DNA of 64,000 nucleotides from Anaerolineales bacterium (GCA_018335275.1 JAGXKM010000001.1:8154-72153), one strand, 5' to 3'. Positions 36,179-46,306 are shown, counted from the stretch's first letter. Translations and numbers: made by a program. Notes: generated from the sequence alone by a model not told the origin.

Positions 36179-37444
36179 TTAACTTTCCAGCAGCTTCTTC
36201 ACCTCATCTAAATCGGGTTTGATGACAGGCGCTTCCCCGGCTGCTTCCATGGCCGCATCCACGTCCTTCAACCCGCTCCCGGTATTTAAAACCAGGACCG
36301 GGTCCCGGGGCTGGACCAGGCCATCCTCAAGGGCTTTTTTGAGCCCTGCATAGGAGGTGGCCCCAGCTGGTTCAGCGAAGATACCCACGCGCCCCAAATC
36401 AGCGACAGCCTGCAGGATCGCCTGATCATCAACGGCTACATAGGCTCCCTCCGTTTCCGTCGCTGCCCGTAAGGCCCGCAACCCATCACTGGGCAAATTG
36501 ACAGAAATGCTGTCCGCCAGGGTATCCGCGGATACAGGCTCGATCTCTTCTGTCCCTTTCTGATAGGCGTTGGCGATGGCTGCTGAGCCTGTGGATTGGC
36601 AGCCAAAGATGCGGGGCATACGCTCCAGCATCCCTATTTCAGAGAGGTCCTTAAAGCCTTTGTGCAGGCCGGAAATGATATTCCCGTCTCCCACAGAGAC
36701 GAACACAGACAACGGCCGGTCTAAATCCTTCTTCTCAATGACCGTTTCCCAGATTTCGAAGGCGGCAGTTTTCTTCCCTTCCGCGGTGAAAGGGTTATAT
36801 CCCGTATTCCGGTTATACCAGCCGAATTCCTCTGTGGCCTCCAGCGAGAGCTGGTAGGCGGCATCGTAATTATCATCGACCAGGATCACCCGGGCGCCGT
36901 AAATCTGCAGCTGGGCGATCTTGGCAGGCGGAGCCGTTTTAGGGGCAAAAATCACCGATTGATGACCCACCGCAGCGGCCATACCCGCCAGGGCCGCGCC
37001 CGCATTTCCCGTGGAAGCAGTGACGATCACCTCCGCACCGATTTCCCTGGCCCGGGCTACCAGCAGCGCGCTGGCCCGGTCCTTGAAGGAAGCTGTGGGA
37101 TTACTGCTTTCATCCTTGATCCAGAGCTGCTTCAATCCCAGCTCGCTGGCCAGTCGGGGTGTTGAATAGGTCGGGGTCCATCCTGCAGCCCCCAGCGGAG
37201 TTCCCAACCCGATGGCTTCTTCCACAGGCAGCAGCGCCAGATAACGCCAAAGAGACTCTTCAGGAAAACAGATCAGCTCTTCCCGTGACTTATCCTCCAG
37301 GGTTTCATAATCCAGCAGGACATCCAGAATGCCGTCGTCCTCCGGGCAGGTGTAGGTGACCTCACCGGGTTGATATCTCTTTCCACAAACCGAGCACCGA
37401 TAACCGACATACTTCTCCATGCAGTTAGACTCCTTCTTTGACAC
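36179..37444 (-). CDS. thrC: Threonine synthase family PLP enzyme with an N-terminal zinc ribbon
   Basis: 421 aa with YRCSVCGKRY..YTCPEDDG, NPTASFKDRAS and ASTGNAGAALA. The start overlaps the upstream ABC ATPase stop by 20 nt. Confidence 0.7.
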   Translation of the reverse strand: MSKKESNCMEKYVGYRCSVCGKRYQPGEVTYTCPEDDGILDVLLDYETLEDKSREELICFPEESLWRYLALLPVEEAIGLGTPLGAAGWTPTYSTPRLASELGLKQLWIKDESSNPTASFKDRASALLVARAREIGAEVIVTASTGNAGAALAGMAAAVGHQSVIFAPKTAPPAKIAQLQIYGARVILVDDNYDAAYQLSLEATEEFGWYNRNTGYNPFTAEGKKTAAFEIWETVIEKKDLDRPLSVFVSVGDGNIISGLHKGFKDLSEIGMLERMPRIFGCQSTGSAAIANAYQKGTEEIEPVSADTLADSISVNLPSDGLRALRAATETEGAYVAVDDQAILQAVADLGRVGIFAEPAGATSYAGLKKALEDGLVQPRDPVLVLNTGSGLKDVDAAMEAAGEAPVIKPDLDEVKKLLES

Positions 37445-38975
37445 CAGCCATCAGCAAACCCAGCTTTTCCGGGGTGGCTTCTTCTCGGGGCACAATGCCC
37501 ATGATCTGACCTTCATAAATAACGGCAATGCGATCTGCTAGGGCGAGAATTTCATCCAGGTCCTCGGAGATCAATAATATTGCCGTCCCATCCAGCCGCT
37601 CTTCCAGCAGTCGGGAGTGGACGTATTCCATCGCACCCACATCCAGGCCCCGGGTAGGCTGGGAAGCGACAATCACCCGCGGATCCCGGGAAAGCTCCCG
37701 GGCTACAACTACCTTTTGTATATTTCCGCCGGAAAGACTTTTCGCCAGGGTTTCCTGGGAGGGAGTTTTGATCTGGTAATTATGAATCAATTCGCTGCTG
37801 TGTTGCTCAACCGCTTTCAAATTCAGAAAACCCCAGTTCGAGAAGGGTTGTTTGTGATGTTCCCGGAGAATCAGGTTTTCCGCAACGGTGAAATCCTTGA
37901 TCATGCCATCCCGCATTCTCTCCTCGGGAATATAAGACAGAGCACGATCTGTCCGGCTGATCGGCGGCAAGGCGGTGATGTCCTCGCCATCCAGGAAAAT
38001 CCGTCCAGCTGTGGCTTCCCGCAGGCCGGTGATCACTTCAGCCAGCTCGCGCTGCCCGTTGCCGGAAACTCCTGCAACGCCCAGAATCTCACCGGAATGC
38101 ACATCAAGATCGACTTCCTGCAGGCTGGAGGTTCCCCGATTACTCAAGCAGGAAATGTTATCTACTTTCAAACGAACTTCTCCCGGTTCAACCTGTTCAA
38201 TTTCAGGGCGAAAGTCAACCTCCCTGCCCACCATCCAGCGGGCTAAATCCGCTTTCGTTGCCTGGGCGGTTTGATGAGTGCCTACTTTCTTCCCATCGCG
38301 CAGCACCGTCACCCGGTCGCTGATGTCAATGACCTCATGCAGTTTATGAGAGATGAAAATCAGCGCGTGGCCGTCCTTCGCCATCTCCCTGATGATGCAG
38401 AAGAATTCATCCACTTCCTGCGGGGTGAGCACAGCTGTGGGCTCATCCAGAATCAGCAGGGCGGCTCCGCGGTAAAGGGCTTTGATGATCTCCACCCGCT
38501 GCTGCTGGCCAACAGAAAGCTGCCAGATATAGGCATCCGGATCAATATTCAACCCGTACAGCTCCGCCAGTTCCAGAATACGCTCGGAGACTTTGTTCAG
38601 ATCCGTCAGCGGCTCCCGGGAGGAGCGCAGGCCGAGGGCAACATTTTCCGCCACCGTCAGGGTTTCCACAAGCATAAAGTGCTGGTGGATCATGCCGATC
38701 CCCTGTTCAATGGCATCGGTGGGCGATTCTATGACCACCTCTTCACCATTGAGAATGATCTCGCCCTCATCGGCATGATACAAACCATAGAGAACGTTCA
38801 TCAGCGTGGTTTTCCCCGCCCCGTTTTCCCCCAGCAGGGCATGCACCTCACCGGAGCGGACATCAAAGTCCACTTTATGATTGGCAACCACACCGGGAAA
38901 CCGCTTGGTGATACCCTTCATGGAGAGGTGATCAATCTGGGTGTGGCCAGAAGGTAAAATGGTTCTTTCAGTCAT
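37425..38975 (-). CDS. ABC transporter ATP-binding protein, duplicated ATPase (nucleoside/sugar type), locus 2
   Basis: 516 aa with two Walker A/B plus signature sets (GENGAGKTT, LSVGQQQRVEI, LSGGNIQKVV). Confidence 0.85.
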   Translation of the reverse strand: MTERTILPSGHTQIDHLSMKGITKRFPGVVANHKVDFDVRSGEVHALLGENGAGKTTLMNVLYGLYHADEGEIILNGEEVVIESPTDAIEQGIGMIHQHFMLVETLTVAENVALGLRSSREPLTDLNKVSERILELAELYGLNIDPDAYIWQLSVGQQQRVEIIKALYRGAALLILDEPTAVLTPQEVDEFFCIIREMAKDGHALIFISHKLHEVIDISDRVTVLRDGKKVGTHQTAQATKADLARWMVGREVDFRPEIEQVEPGEVRLKVDNISCLSNRGTSSLQEVDLDVHSGEILGVAGVSGNGQRELAEVITGLREATAGRIFLDGEDITALPPISRTDRALSYIPEERMRDGMIKDFTVAENLILREHHKQPFSNWGFLNLKAVEQHSSELIHNYQIKTPSQETLAKSLSGGNIQKVVVARELSRDPRVIVASQPTRGLDVGAMEYVHSRLLEERLDGTAILLISEDLDEILALADRIAVIYEGQIMGIVPREEATPEKLGLLMAGVKEGV

Positions 38976-39065
38976 GAGATATTCCTGTACCTGGTTACCG
39001 GTATCTTTCGCTGTCCCTGTAAATCCGGCAAATCGTCATCTCTGAGATGCCGATCTCCCGGCTTT

Positions 39066-39100
39066 CCCCCTCCCGCTCCACAGCTGGAGCAAGGAGGGGG
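39066..39100 (-). other. GC-rich extended hairpin between the SBP and ATPase genes (candidate mRNA stabiliser or processing element)
   Basis: CCCCCTCC-c-GCTCCA-cagc-TGGAGC-aa-GGAGGGGG. No U-run follows on the minus strand. Confidence 0.5.
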
Positions 39101-39153
39101 AGGATTTCGGAGTTTCAGGCAGGGAAAAGCACTCCCCACCAGCAGTGAGAATC

Positions 39154-40158
39154 CTACTCACTCACGTCGGTCGAGATGGTCCCATCGATGATCCCTTGAA
39201 TGGTATCATCGGCCAGATCCTTGACATCTTCCGGCAGGTCGTATTCAGGATTGAACTCGATCACTTCGCCGCCGTTTTCCAGATTGATGGTGAAGGATTG
39301 ACCCCCGAGGGTTCCTTCGCCGATCAAATCAATGATCTCGTTGAGGACAACCTCCCAGCGGTAGATCTGGTTGGCCACCACCACATCGGGGGCCAATTCG
39401 GTCTGGGAAGATTGGGTGCCAAACCACATCGCATCGTTTTCCTCGGCCACGCCGATCGCGCCCACCACCATCTGGGCAGTTCCGGTCATCGCATCTGCGC
39501 CGGCTGCTACGTGGGTGTTGGCCGCTTCCGAGGCCAGGGCGACATCGGAGAAGGATCCAATGTAGTTTACGTTAACTTGAACGTCAGGATTGGTGGCTTC
39601 TGCGCCAGCTACAAAGCCGTCCACATACAGCTTGGCGTCCCCGGTTTCAATCGGGCCCACCACACCCAGCACGTCGCTCTCGGTTAAACTGGCAGCGATC
39701 ACGCCGTTGACATAACCGCCTTCATCTGAGGCAGCCTCGTAAGCAAAGATATTGTCAATGCCGAAGGTGTCCACTGTCGTCCCCCAGACAAAGCTGGTCT
39801 CCGGGAAATCAGGGGCGATTTCCTGCAACGAGCTGCCGTACTGGGAGCCATGGGCAATCACCAGATCGTAACCCTCAGCCGCATAGTCGCGGATAGCCGC
39901 CGCAGCGTCATCCACCACGAACATGCCATCCGAGTAATCAAAGGTCATAGCCTCTTCCCCGCCCATTTCCTCCTGAACGCGCAGCAGAGCGTCGTACATA
40001 CTCTGGCTAAAGGCCAGGTCGTTGATCGAACTGGGCATCACGACCGCGATTTGGAAAGGCCCTTCCTCTTCTTCGGGTGCTGCCGGCTGTGCCTGACAGG
40101 CACTGAGCAGCAGTCCAACTACCAATAAAACAATCAAAATCCATCGAAGCTTCTTCAT
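39154..40158 (-). CDS. BMP-family (PnrA-like) ABC substrate-binding lipoprotein, locus 2
   Basis: 334 aa with signal and lipobox LLLSAC; BMP/Med-type sequence. Confidence 0.8.
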   Translation of the reverse strand: MKKLRWILIVLLVVGLLLSACQAQPAAPEEEEGPFQIAVVMPSSINDLAFSQSMYDALLRVQEEMGGEEAMTFDYSDGMFVVDDAAAAIRDYAAEGYDLVIAHGSQYGSSLQEIAPDFPETSFVWGTTVDTFGIDNIFAYEAASDEGGYVNGVIAASLTESDVLGVVGPIETGDAKLYVDGFVAGAEATNPDVQVNVNYIGSFSDVALASEAANTHVAAGADAMTGTAQMVVGAIGVAEENDAMWFGTQSSQTELAPDVVVANQIYRWEVVLNEIIDLIGEGTLGGQSFTINLENGGEVIEFNPEYDLPEDVKDLADDTIQGIIDGTISTDVSE

Positions 40159-40239
40159 CCTTTACTCCTTACTAAATAATGGTCTCCATTTTTCTTCTGA
40201 GCACTGTCTTCGTTCTCGTTTCACCTCCAGCTTGAATGA

Positions 40240-41172
40240 TTATTCCTCTCGTTTGAATGGTTTTGTTAATGCCGATGGCGCTCGCACCCGGGATACCGAA
40301 ATAACCAGCACAAGAATAGTCAGGATGTAGGGCATCATGACCGCGATATCGGAGGGAATGGGAATGCCCAGTACCTGCACCCACAGCTGCAGCGAGTTAA
40401 CCAGGCTGAACAGCAGCGCCCCACCCAGCACCCCGAACGGGCGCCAGGCGCCGAAATAAACCAGGGCAACGGCGATAAAGCCCAGGCCGCTGGTCATATT
40501 TTGCTGAAATACGTTCAATAAAGCGATGGACAGGGAGGCTCCGGCAATTCCGGAAAGCGTTCCTCCGAGAATGATCGTCAGATAGCGTATCCTGGCCACG
40601 CTTACCCCCAGAGAGTCAGCTGCTTCGGGATTCTCACCCACCGCGCGGATTTTCAGCCCCAGGGTGGTTTTATTGAGAACAAACCAGGCCAGCGGCACCA
40701 GTGCAAAAGAAATATAAACCAGAATATTCTGCTGGAAGAAAATTTCACCCACAATCGGCAGATCGCTCAACACCGGTAGGTTAAATTTCGGAAATCCTTT
40801 CACAGTCTCCACCGTGCCAAGGACCCTCTGGAAGAGCAGGTCACTCAATCCCAGCCCAAACAAATAAAAGCCAATTCCGCTGATACCCTGCACCGCCTGT
40901 AAATTGACGGTGACAAAAGCCATTGCCAATCCCATCACTGCGCCCACAATCATGGCGCTTAGCACCCCCAGCCAGAGATTGCCGGTCTGGATGGCGACAT
41001 AAAAAGCAGTGAAAGCTCCTAAAAGCATCTGGCCTTCCACGCCGAGATTGAGCACCCCGCTGCGCTGACCAAAGGTTTCTCCTATAGCAGCATAGAGATA
41101 AGGCGTGGCCAGGCGAATGCCGGAAGCTAAAATACCCACCAGGACAGTCATGGAGAAGAGATCAGATATCAT
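40240..41172 (-). CDS. ABC transporter permease (BMP/nucleoside type), locus 2
   Basis: 310 aa, polytopic. There is a TGATG stop/start overlap with the upstream permease. Confidence 0.8.
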   Translation of the reverse strand: MISDLFSMTVLVGILASGIRLATPYLYAAIGETFGQRSGVLNLGVEGQMLLGAFTAFYVAIQTGNLWLGVLSAMIVGAVMGLAMAFVTVNLQAVQGISGIGFYLFGLGLSDLLFQRVLGTVETVKGFPKFNLPVLSDLPIVGEIFFQQNILVYISFALVPLAWFVLNKTTLGLKIRAVGENPEAADSLGVSVARIRYLTIILGGTLSGIAGASLSIALLNVFQQNMTSGLGFIAVALVYFGAWRPFGVLGGALLFSLVNSLQLWVQVLGIPIPSDIAVMMPYILTILVLVISVSRVRAPSALTKPFKREE

Positions 41173-42332
41173 CAGTCCACCTCCCCACCGTAGTGAGCAG
41201 CTTCGCTACCGTCACTCTCCCCCGGAGCACCCTCCTGCAAAGCCATTTCCGCGGCCAGACGGCGGCGCTGCCGTTTTCTGCGCCAGATTTCACTGCTGAC
41301 CACGAAGACCACAACCAGGCCGTTGAGTGCGATCACCAGCGCGGAGGGCACCTGCACAACCCGCTGCATCTTATTGGCCCCTACCAGCAGAGCGCCGAAG
41401 AGAATGGAAGCCGGGATGGTCCCCAGCGGATGCAGTTGGCCAAAAAGAGCAGCGACAATCCCGTTGAAGCCGGCCCTGCCGGTGAATCCGGACCCGGAGC
41501 CATCGGTGATCATCCGGTAGTTCACCCCGTATACCTGCATCACACCGGCCAGTCCGGCAAAGGCGCCGCTGAGCACCAGCGCCAAGACGATGTAATTCTT
41601 GACTTGTATGCCAGCGTAGGCGGAGGCATCCGGGTTCTGACCCACGGAGCGGATCCGGTACCCCCAGGTCGTTCTCCAGAGCAAAATATACACCAGCACC
41701 GCCAGGACCACAGCGATCAGTGCTCCCAGATGTAAGCGGGTGGGAATCCAGCGTGGAAGCCGGAAATTTTCCATCAGCCGGGCAGTCTGAGGGATTTTTG
41801 ATGCCAGTTCGGCCTGGGCTGGATCAATCATCGGGCCCCGGAGCAAAAAAGTCATCAGCTGCACGGCTATGGCATTCATCATCACCGTGCTGAGGATCTC
41901 ATTGACATTGAAATACGCTTTCAAGAGTCCTGGAATGCCGCCCCACAAAGCGCCGCCGGCGAAACCAGCCAGGAGCGCCAGGGGGACAACCAGCCAGCCT
42001 GGAGAGTCGACCATTCTCAGGCCCACCTGGGTGCCAATGATCGCCCCGACGATCATCTGCCCTTCTCCGCCAATATTGATCACATCTCCCCGGAAGGAAA
42101 TACAGATGCCCAAACCCACCAGAAGCAGCGGTGTGGCTTTGACCAGCGTTTCAGCCAGGGCGTTCTGGCTGCCAAAGGCGCCCTCCCAGAGAGCGGCGTA
42201 AGCTTCAATCGGATTGACATTGAGCAGCAGCAGCATCACCGCTCCCACGATCAATGCCGCCAGGGTGGCAAAAATCGGCAGGGCTATATCAATCAGTTTT
42301 GCGTACCAATTTTCTTGACTGGGTTTACTCAT
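41172..42332 (-). CDS. ABC transporter permease (BMP/nucleoside type), locus 2
   Basis: 386 aa, polytopic, with a charged C-terminal tail. Confidence 0.8.
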   Translation of the reverse strand: MSKPSQENWYAKLIDIALPIFATLAALIVGAVMLLLLNVNPIEAYAALWEGAFGSQNALAETLVKATPLLLVGLGICISFRGDVINIGGEGQMIVGAIIGTQVGLRMVDSPGWLVVPLALLAGFAGGALWGGIPGLLKAYFNVNEILSTVMMNAIAVQLMTFLLRGPMIDPAQAELASKIPQTARLMENFRLPRWIPTRLHLGALIAVVLAVLVYILLWRTTWGYRIRSVGQNPDASAYAGIQVKNYIVLALVLSGAFAGLAGVMQVYGVNYRMITDGSGSGFTGRAGFNGIVAALFGQLHPLGTIPASILFGALLVGANKMQRVVQVPSALVIALNGLVVVFVVSSEIWRRKRQRRRLAAEMALQEGAPGESDGSEAAHYGGEVD

Positions 42333-42617
42333 AAACAGTGACCTTTTCTATTTTTCATAAAATCACCTGCTTTGCGGATGGCCCTTGGATCACACCTGTT
42401 GTTTTTTTCACTCGTCAATTCTGACTGTAAAGCCAGCAAGACTTCCGGGCCAATCAGCGATATTATTTTGGTCATACCTCATCCTCACAGGGGTAAGGTT
42501 TTCCCAGCAATTTATCCTTGCTTCACAGCTGTTTGCAATTCACAGCGGTGGTACATCATCGATCACGACCAGAATTCTAGATCGGATTCCCCCAAGACAC
42601 ATTCCCAAAAGGAATCT

Positions 42618-43574
42618 TTAGTGTTTCTCCTCCCGGATGTACGGTATACCCAGGGCGGCCGGCGCCCCTAAACGTTTCCTGACCGCTTCTCCCCAGGTGA
42701 TGAGCACGAGGACAAGGATTGTGAAGAAATAGGGCATCATATTCAGGAATGAAGACGGGATCGTCGTTCCCGCAGCCTGAAGGCGGAACTGTAGGGCGTT
42801 GATTCCTCCAAAAAGCAAGGCTCCAACTGCTGCCCGCAATGGATCCCAAGTGGCAAAAATCACCAGAGCAATCGCGATCCAACCTCGGCCCCCTGTGATA
42901 TTTTGAGCCCACCCCTGCAGGTAGGCCATGGAGAGATGAGCACCCGCCACTCCCATTAAACACCCTCCGAAAATAGTGTACAGGTATCGGGAAAGTTTAA
43001 CAGGGACACCCAGGACGTCTGCCGCGGCTGGATTATCGCCCACAGCCCTCAAATGAAGCCCAGGCTGGGTCTTACGCAGGTAAAACCACATCAAGGGCAG
43101 CAGCAAGTACAGCGCATAAGCCAGCACGTCTTGATTGAACATCGAGGGACCAAGGATGGGGATGTCCTCCAAAACTGGAATAGGTATTCTCGGAAAGACC
43201 GGGCCTTGCAAACCAACCATGGTCTCCCCTCCGGGTCCAAGACGCTGGCCCATAAAACTTGCCAGGCCGGTGCCGAATAATGTCAGCGCCAGTCCTGTCA
43301 CAACCTGATCTGCCCGTAAAGTAATAGTTAAAAAGGCATGCGTAAAGGACATCATAGCGCCCACCAGCATGGCGACACCCAATCCTAACCAGGCGCTGTC
43401 ACTGTGAAAAGCCACCGCAAAGGCAGTGGCTGCGCCCGTCATCATGATCCCTTCCACGCCCAGGTTGAGAATGCCGGACCGTTCCGTGAATATCTCGCCC
43501 AGCGTGGCATACAGCAGAGATACACCGGCCCTGATCGTGATCGTTAACAGGGAAACAATCATCGCTTCATTCAT
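42618..43574 (-). CDS. ABC transporter permease, locus 1
   Basis: 318 aa, polytopic, and a paralogue of 40240-41172. It overlaps the upstream permease by 8 nt. Confidence 0.8.
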   Translation of the reverse strand: MNEAMIVSLLTITIRAGVSLLYATLGEIFTERSGILNLGVEGIMMTGAATAFAVAFHSDSAWLGLGVAMLVGAMMSFTHAFLTITLRADQVVTGLALTLFGTGLASFMGQRLGPGGETMVGLQGPVFPRIPIPVLEDIPILGPSMFNQDVLAYALYLLLPLMWFYLRKTQPGLHLRAVGDNPAAADVLGVPVKLSRYLYTIFGGCLMGVAGAHLSMAYLQGWAQNITGGRGWIAIALVIFATWDPLRAAVGALLFGGINALQFRLQAAGTTIPSSFLNMMPYFFTILVLVLITWGEAVRKRLGAPAALGIPYIREEKH

Positions 43575-44658
43575 TTAGTTCTCCTGCTTGCTTTTGTTTA
43601 CCAGATCTCAGGATTCGGATGCGGTAGTTGATAAATACCCAACCTCCTAAGACGAAAAAGAGGATGGCCCCCTGCAGAACCAAAGATACAGCAGCGGGGA
43701 TCCCCATCGCGACCTGCAGCTGGTCTCCACCCACCGTCAAAGCACCCATAAATGCGCCCACAAAGACCACACCCAAGGGATTGAGATTAGCCATCCAAGC
43801 CACGATGATAGCGGTAAATCCATATCCCACGGTCAGTCCCTGGTAAAGCCGCCGGGCAATCCCGGACACTTCCGCCATCCCCGCCAGCCCGGAAAGCGCG
43901 CCAGACAAAAGCATCACCAAGACCATATTCCTTTTGGCATCGATACCAGCGTACTTTGCTGCCCGGGGGTTTTCACCGATGAGCCGGATCTCATACCCCC
44001 ACTGGGACCGGTTCATGATCAGCCAGATGATGAACGCAGCCAGGACAGCGAATATAATTCCCAAATGGACCCGCCCCCATAACCTGGGAAGCAGGGCTTC
44101 CTGCGGGAAAGGTGCTGAACCTGGAAACCCATACCCTTCAGGGTCCCTCCAGGGACCCAGATAAAGGTATTCCACCAGGAGGATGGCGATGTAATTCATC
44201 ATCAAAGTGGTCAGAATTTCATTGACCTCCAGGTATGCTTTCAGGAGGGCGGGGATCAGAGCCCAAAGGGCTCCCGCAAGCATGCCCATCAGGATCATCA
44301 CGGGGATGGTCAGCGGGTCAGGTAGGGAATCACTCAAGAATAAAGCCACATAGGAGGCGCCAATACCACCCATGGCCAATTGACCCTCCGCCCCGATGTT
44401 CCAAAACAGCATCCGGAAGGCGATGGCCACAGCAAGCCCCGTCAATATCAAGGGGATGGCCTTGACAAGCGTTTCCGTCAGGGCGTACTGATCTCCTAAG
44501 GATCCGCTGACCATGACGCGGTATGCCTGAAGCGGGTTAATGCCAAAAGCCAATAATAATACGGCACCAAAGACAAGCGCTAATAAAAAAGAAGCGATCG
44601 GCACGATGACAACAGCCCAGCGGGCTTTTTCCAATCGGCGCTCCAGAACAATATTCAT
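43567..44658 (-). CDS. ABC transporter permease, locus 1
   Basis: 363 aa, polytopic, and a paralogue of 41172-42332. Confidence 0.8.
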   Translation of the reverse strand: MNIVLERRLEKARWAVVIVPIASFLLALVFGAVLLLAFGINPLQAYRVMVSGSLGDQYALTETLVKAIPLILTGLAVAIAFRMLFWNIGAEGQLAMGGIGASYVALFLSDSLPDPLTIPVMILMGMLAGALWALIPALLKAYLEVNEILTTLMMNYIAILLVEYLYLGPWRDPEGYGFPGSAPFPQEALLPRLWGRVHLGIIFAVLAAFIIWLIMNRSQWGYEIRLIGENPRAAKYAGIDAKRNMVLVMLLSGALSGLAGMAEVSGIARRLYQGLTVGYGFTAIIVAWMANLNPLGVVFVGAFMGALTVGGDQLQVAMGIPAAVSLVLQGAILFFVLGGWVFINYRIRILRSGKQKQAGELNE

Positions 44659-44661
44659 TGT

Positions 44662-46224
44662 TTACTGACCTCCGCTGCTTTGTGATATTTCGTCAGTTCG
44701 CCGTTCTCTTTTCTCTCCGGCCATCATCAATCCGATCTCTTCAACCGCGGCTTCTTCTCGATCTAACTCTCCCATAAATTCACCTTCATAAATCACAAAA
44801 ATCCGATCTGCAAGCTGCATGACTTCTTCCAGTTCTCCTGAGATGAGGAGAATGGCTGCCCCTTGATCGCGCTGTTCAAGCAATGTTTTCCGAACCGCCT
44901 CCGTGGCGCCAATATCCAACCCACGTGAAGGATTCACGGCCACCAACGCACCGCTGCTGGCATCGATTTCCCGGGCTAAAACCACTTTTTGCTGGTTTCC
45001 TCCGGAGAGCAAGCGGGCATTGGTTTTCACAGAAGGGGTGATTATATTGAAGGCATCAACCAGGCGTTCTGAAAAACCTTCCACGCGCTGGTAATCAATG
45101 AAGGGACCGTTGGAAATTGGGGGTTTGCGATACACTTTCATGACCAGGTTGTCGGAGATGGGTAAATTAGGGACCAAACCCCGTCCGATTCTATCCCCGG
45201 GGATGAAACTCAATCCCGCCTTGATTACCTGCCAGGGATTCTTCTTGGTGATATCCACCCCCCGGATCCAGATCCTTCCATCCTGCACACGCCGTAAACC
45301 GGTGATGGCTTCCGCCAATTCACGCTGGCCATTTCCGGCAACGCCTGCCACAGCGACGATCTCCCCGGCCCGCACTTCTAAGGAGACTCCCTTTAGAGCG
45401 GGGAGACCCTTATCACTCAGCGCTTTTAGATTTTCCACTTTCAAGACCACATCTCCCCGTTCGTGGGCCCGTTCCTGGAAATTAAATAAAACTTCCCTGC
45501 CAACCATCAGTTTTGCTAATTCGTTCTTGGTCGTCTGCGATGTAACCCGGGTGTCGATCATCTCGCCATCCCGCAACACGGAAACCCGATCTGAAAAATC
45601 CATCACCTCATGCAGCTTGTGAGTGATAAAGATAATAGTCTTGCCTTCCGAGGCCATTTTGTGGAGAATATCAATCAGTTGGTCCGATTCTTGAGGGGTA
45701 AGGACAGCGGTCGGCTCATCAAGGATCAATATTTTTGCGCCGCGATAGAGCAACTTCAAAATTTCCACCCGCTGCTGCTCTCCCACCGAAAGCTGCCAGA
45801 TGTACGCATCCAAATCCACATTCAAATGATAGCTGTCCGCAAGATCACGGAGCTCTTGCTTGACTTTCCTCTCATTAATCACCAGGCCGGTAGGATATAA
45901 GCCCAGGATGACATTTTCCGCTACGGTCAGGCTTTCCACAAGCATGAAATGCTGGTGAACCATGCCGATCCCCAATTCAATGGCATCCTTTGGAGATTGA
46001 ATGTTTACTGGTTCACCAAAAATACAAATCTGCCCTTCATCTTGTTGATATAAACCCGCAAGAACGTTCATCAGGGTGCTTTTTCCAGCCCCGTTTTCAC
46101 CTAACAAGGCATGCACATGGCCCCTTTCGACGGACAAATCAACCGCTTGATTAGCAACCACACCGGGAAATCGTTTGGTCACCCCCTGCATTTGGATCGC
46201 ATATGAATTTTCTGATTCTCCCAT
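44662..46224 (-). CDS. ABC transporter ATP-binding protein, duplicated ATPase, locus 1
   Basis: 520 aa with GENGAGKST, LSVGEQQRVEI and LSGGNQQKVVL. It is a paralogue of 37425-38975. Confidence 0.85.
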   Translation of the reverse strand: MGESENSYAIQMQGVTKRFPGVVANQAVDLSVERGHVHALLGENGAGKSTLMNVLAGLYQQDEGQICIFGEPVNIQSPKDAIELGIGMVHQHFMLVESLTVAENVILGLYPTGLVINERKVKQELRDLADSYHLNVDLDAYIWQLSVGEQQRVEILKLLYRGAKILILDEPTAVLTPQESDQLIDILHKMASEGKTIIFITHKLHEVMDFSDRVSVLRDGEMIDTRVTSQTTKNELAKLMVGREVLFNFQERAHERGDVVLKVENLKALSDKGLPALKGVSLEVRAGEIVAVAGVAGNGQRELAEAITGLRRVQDGRIWIRGVDITKKNPWQVIKAGLSFIPGDRIGRGLVPNLPISDNLVMKVYRKPPISNGPFIDYQRVEGFSERLVDAFNIITPSVKTNARLLSGGNQQKVVLAREIDASSGALVAVNPSRGLDIGATEAVRKTLLEQRDQGAAILLISGELEEVMQLADRIFVIYEGEFMGELDREEAAVEEIGLMMAGEKRERRTDEISQSSGGQ

Positions 46225-46306
46225 TTCTCCCTGCTTTTATACATCATAACGCCCTCCCCGCCCCTCCTTCGCAGAGGGACAGGGAGAGCGCAAGTCTTAG
46301 ATTCAA

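Noticed and set aside
42414-42428. GTCAATTCTGACTGT, considered as a third copy of the GntR operator upstream of transporter locus 2.
   Set aside because: It shares GTCAATT and CTGAC strings, but the half-site spacing differs (GTCA-N4-TGAC versus TTGTC-N1-GACAA), so it is not the same palindrome.
42572-42581. Overlapping EcoRI/XbaI sites (GAATTCTAGA), suggestive of a cloning polylinker.
   Set aside because: It is a single 10-mer with no flanking vector-like sequence and is compatible with chance.
42372-42671. 99-aa and 78-aa plus-strand ORFs in the 285-bp spacer between the two transporter loci.
   Set aside because: They have a TTG or weak start, no RBS and an implausible composition, and one runs into the antisense of a permease gene. 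The spacer more likely holds the locus-2 promoter.
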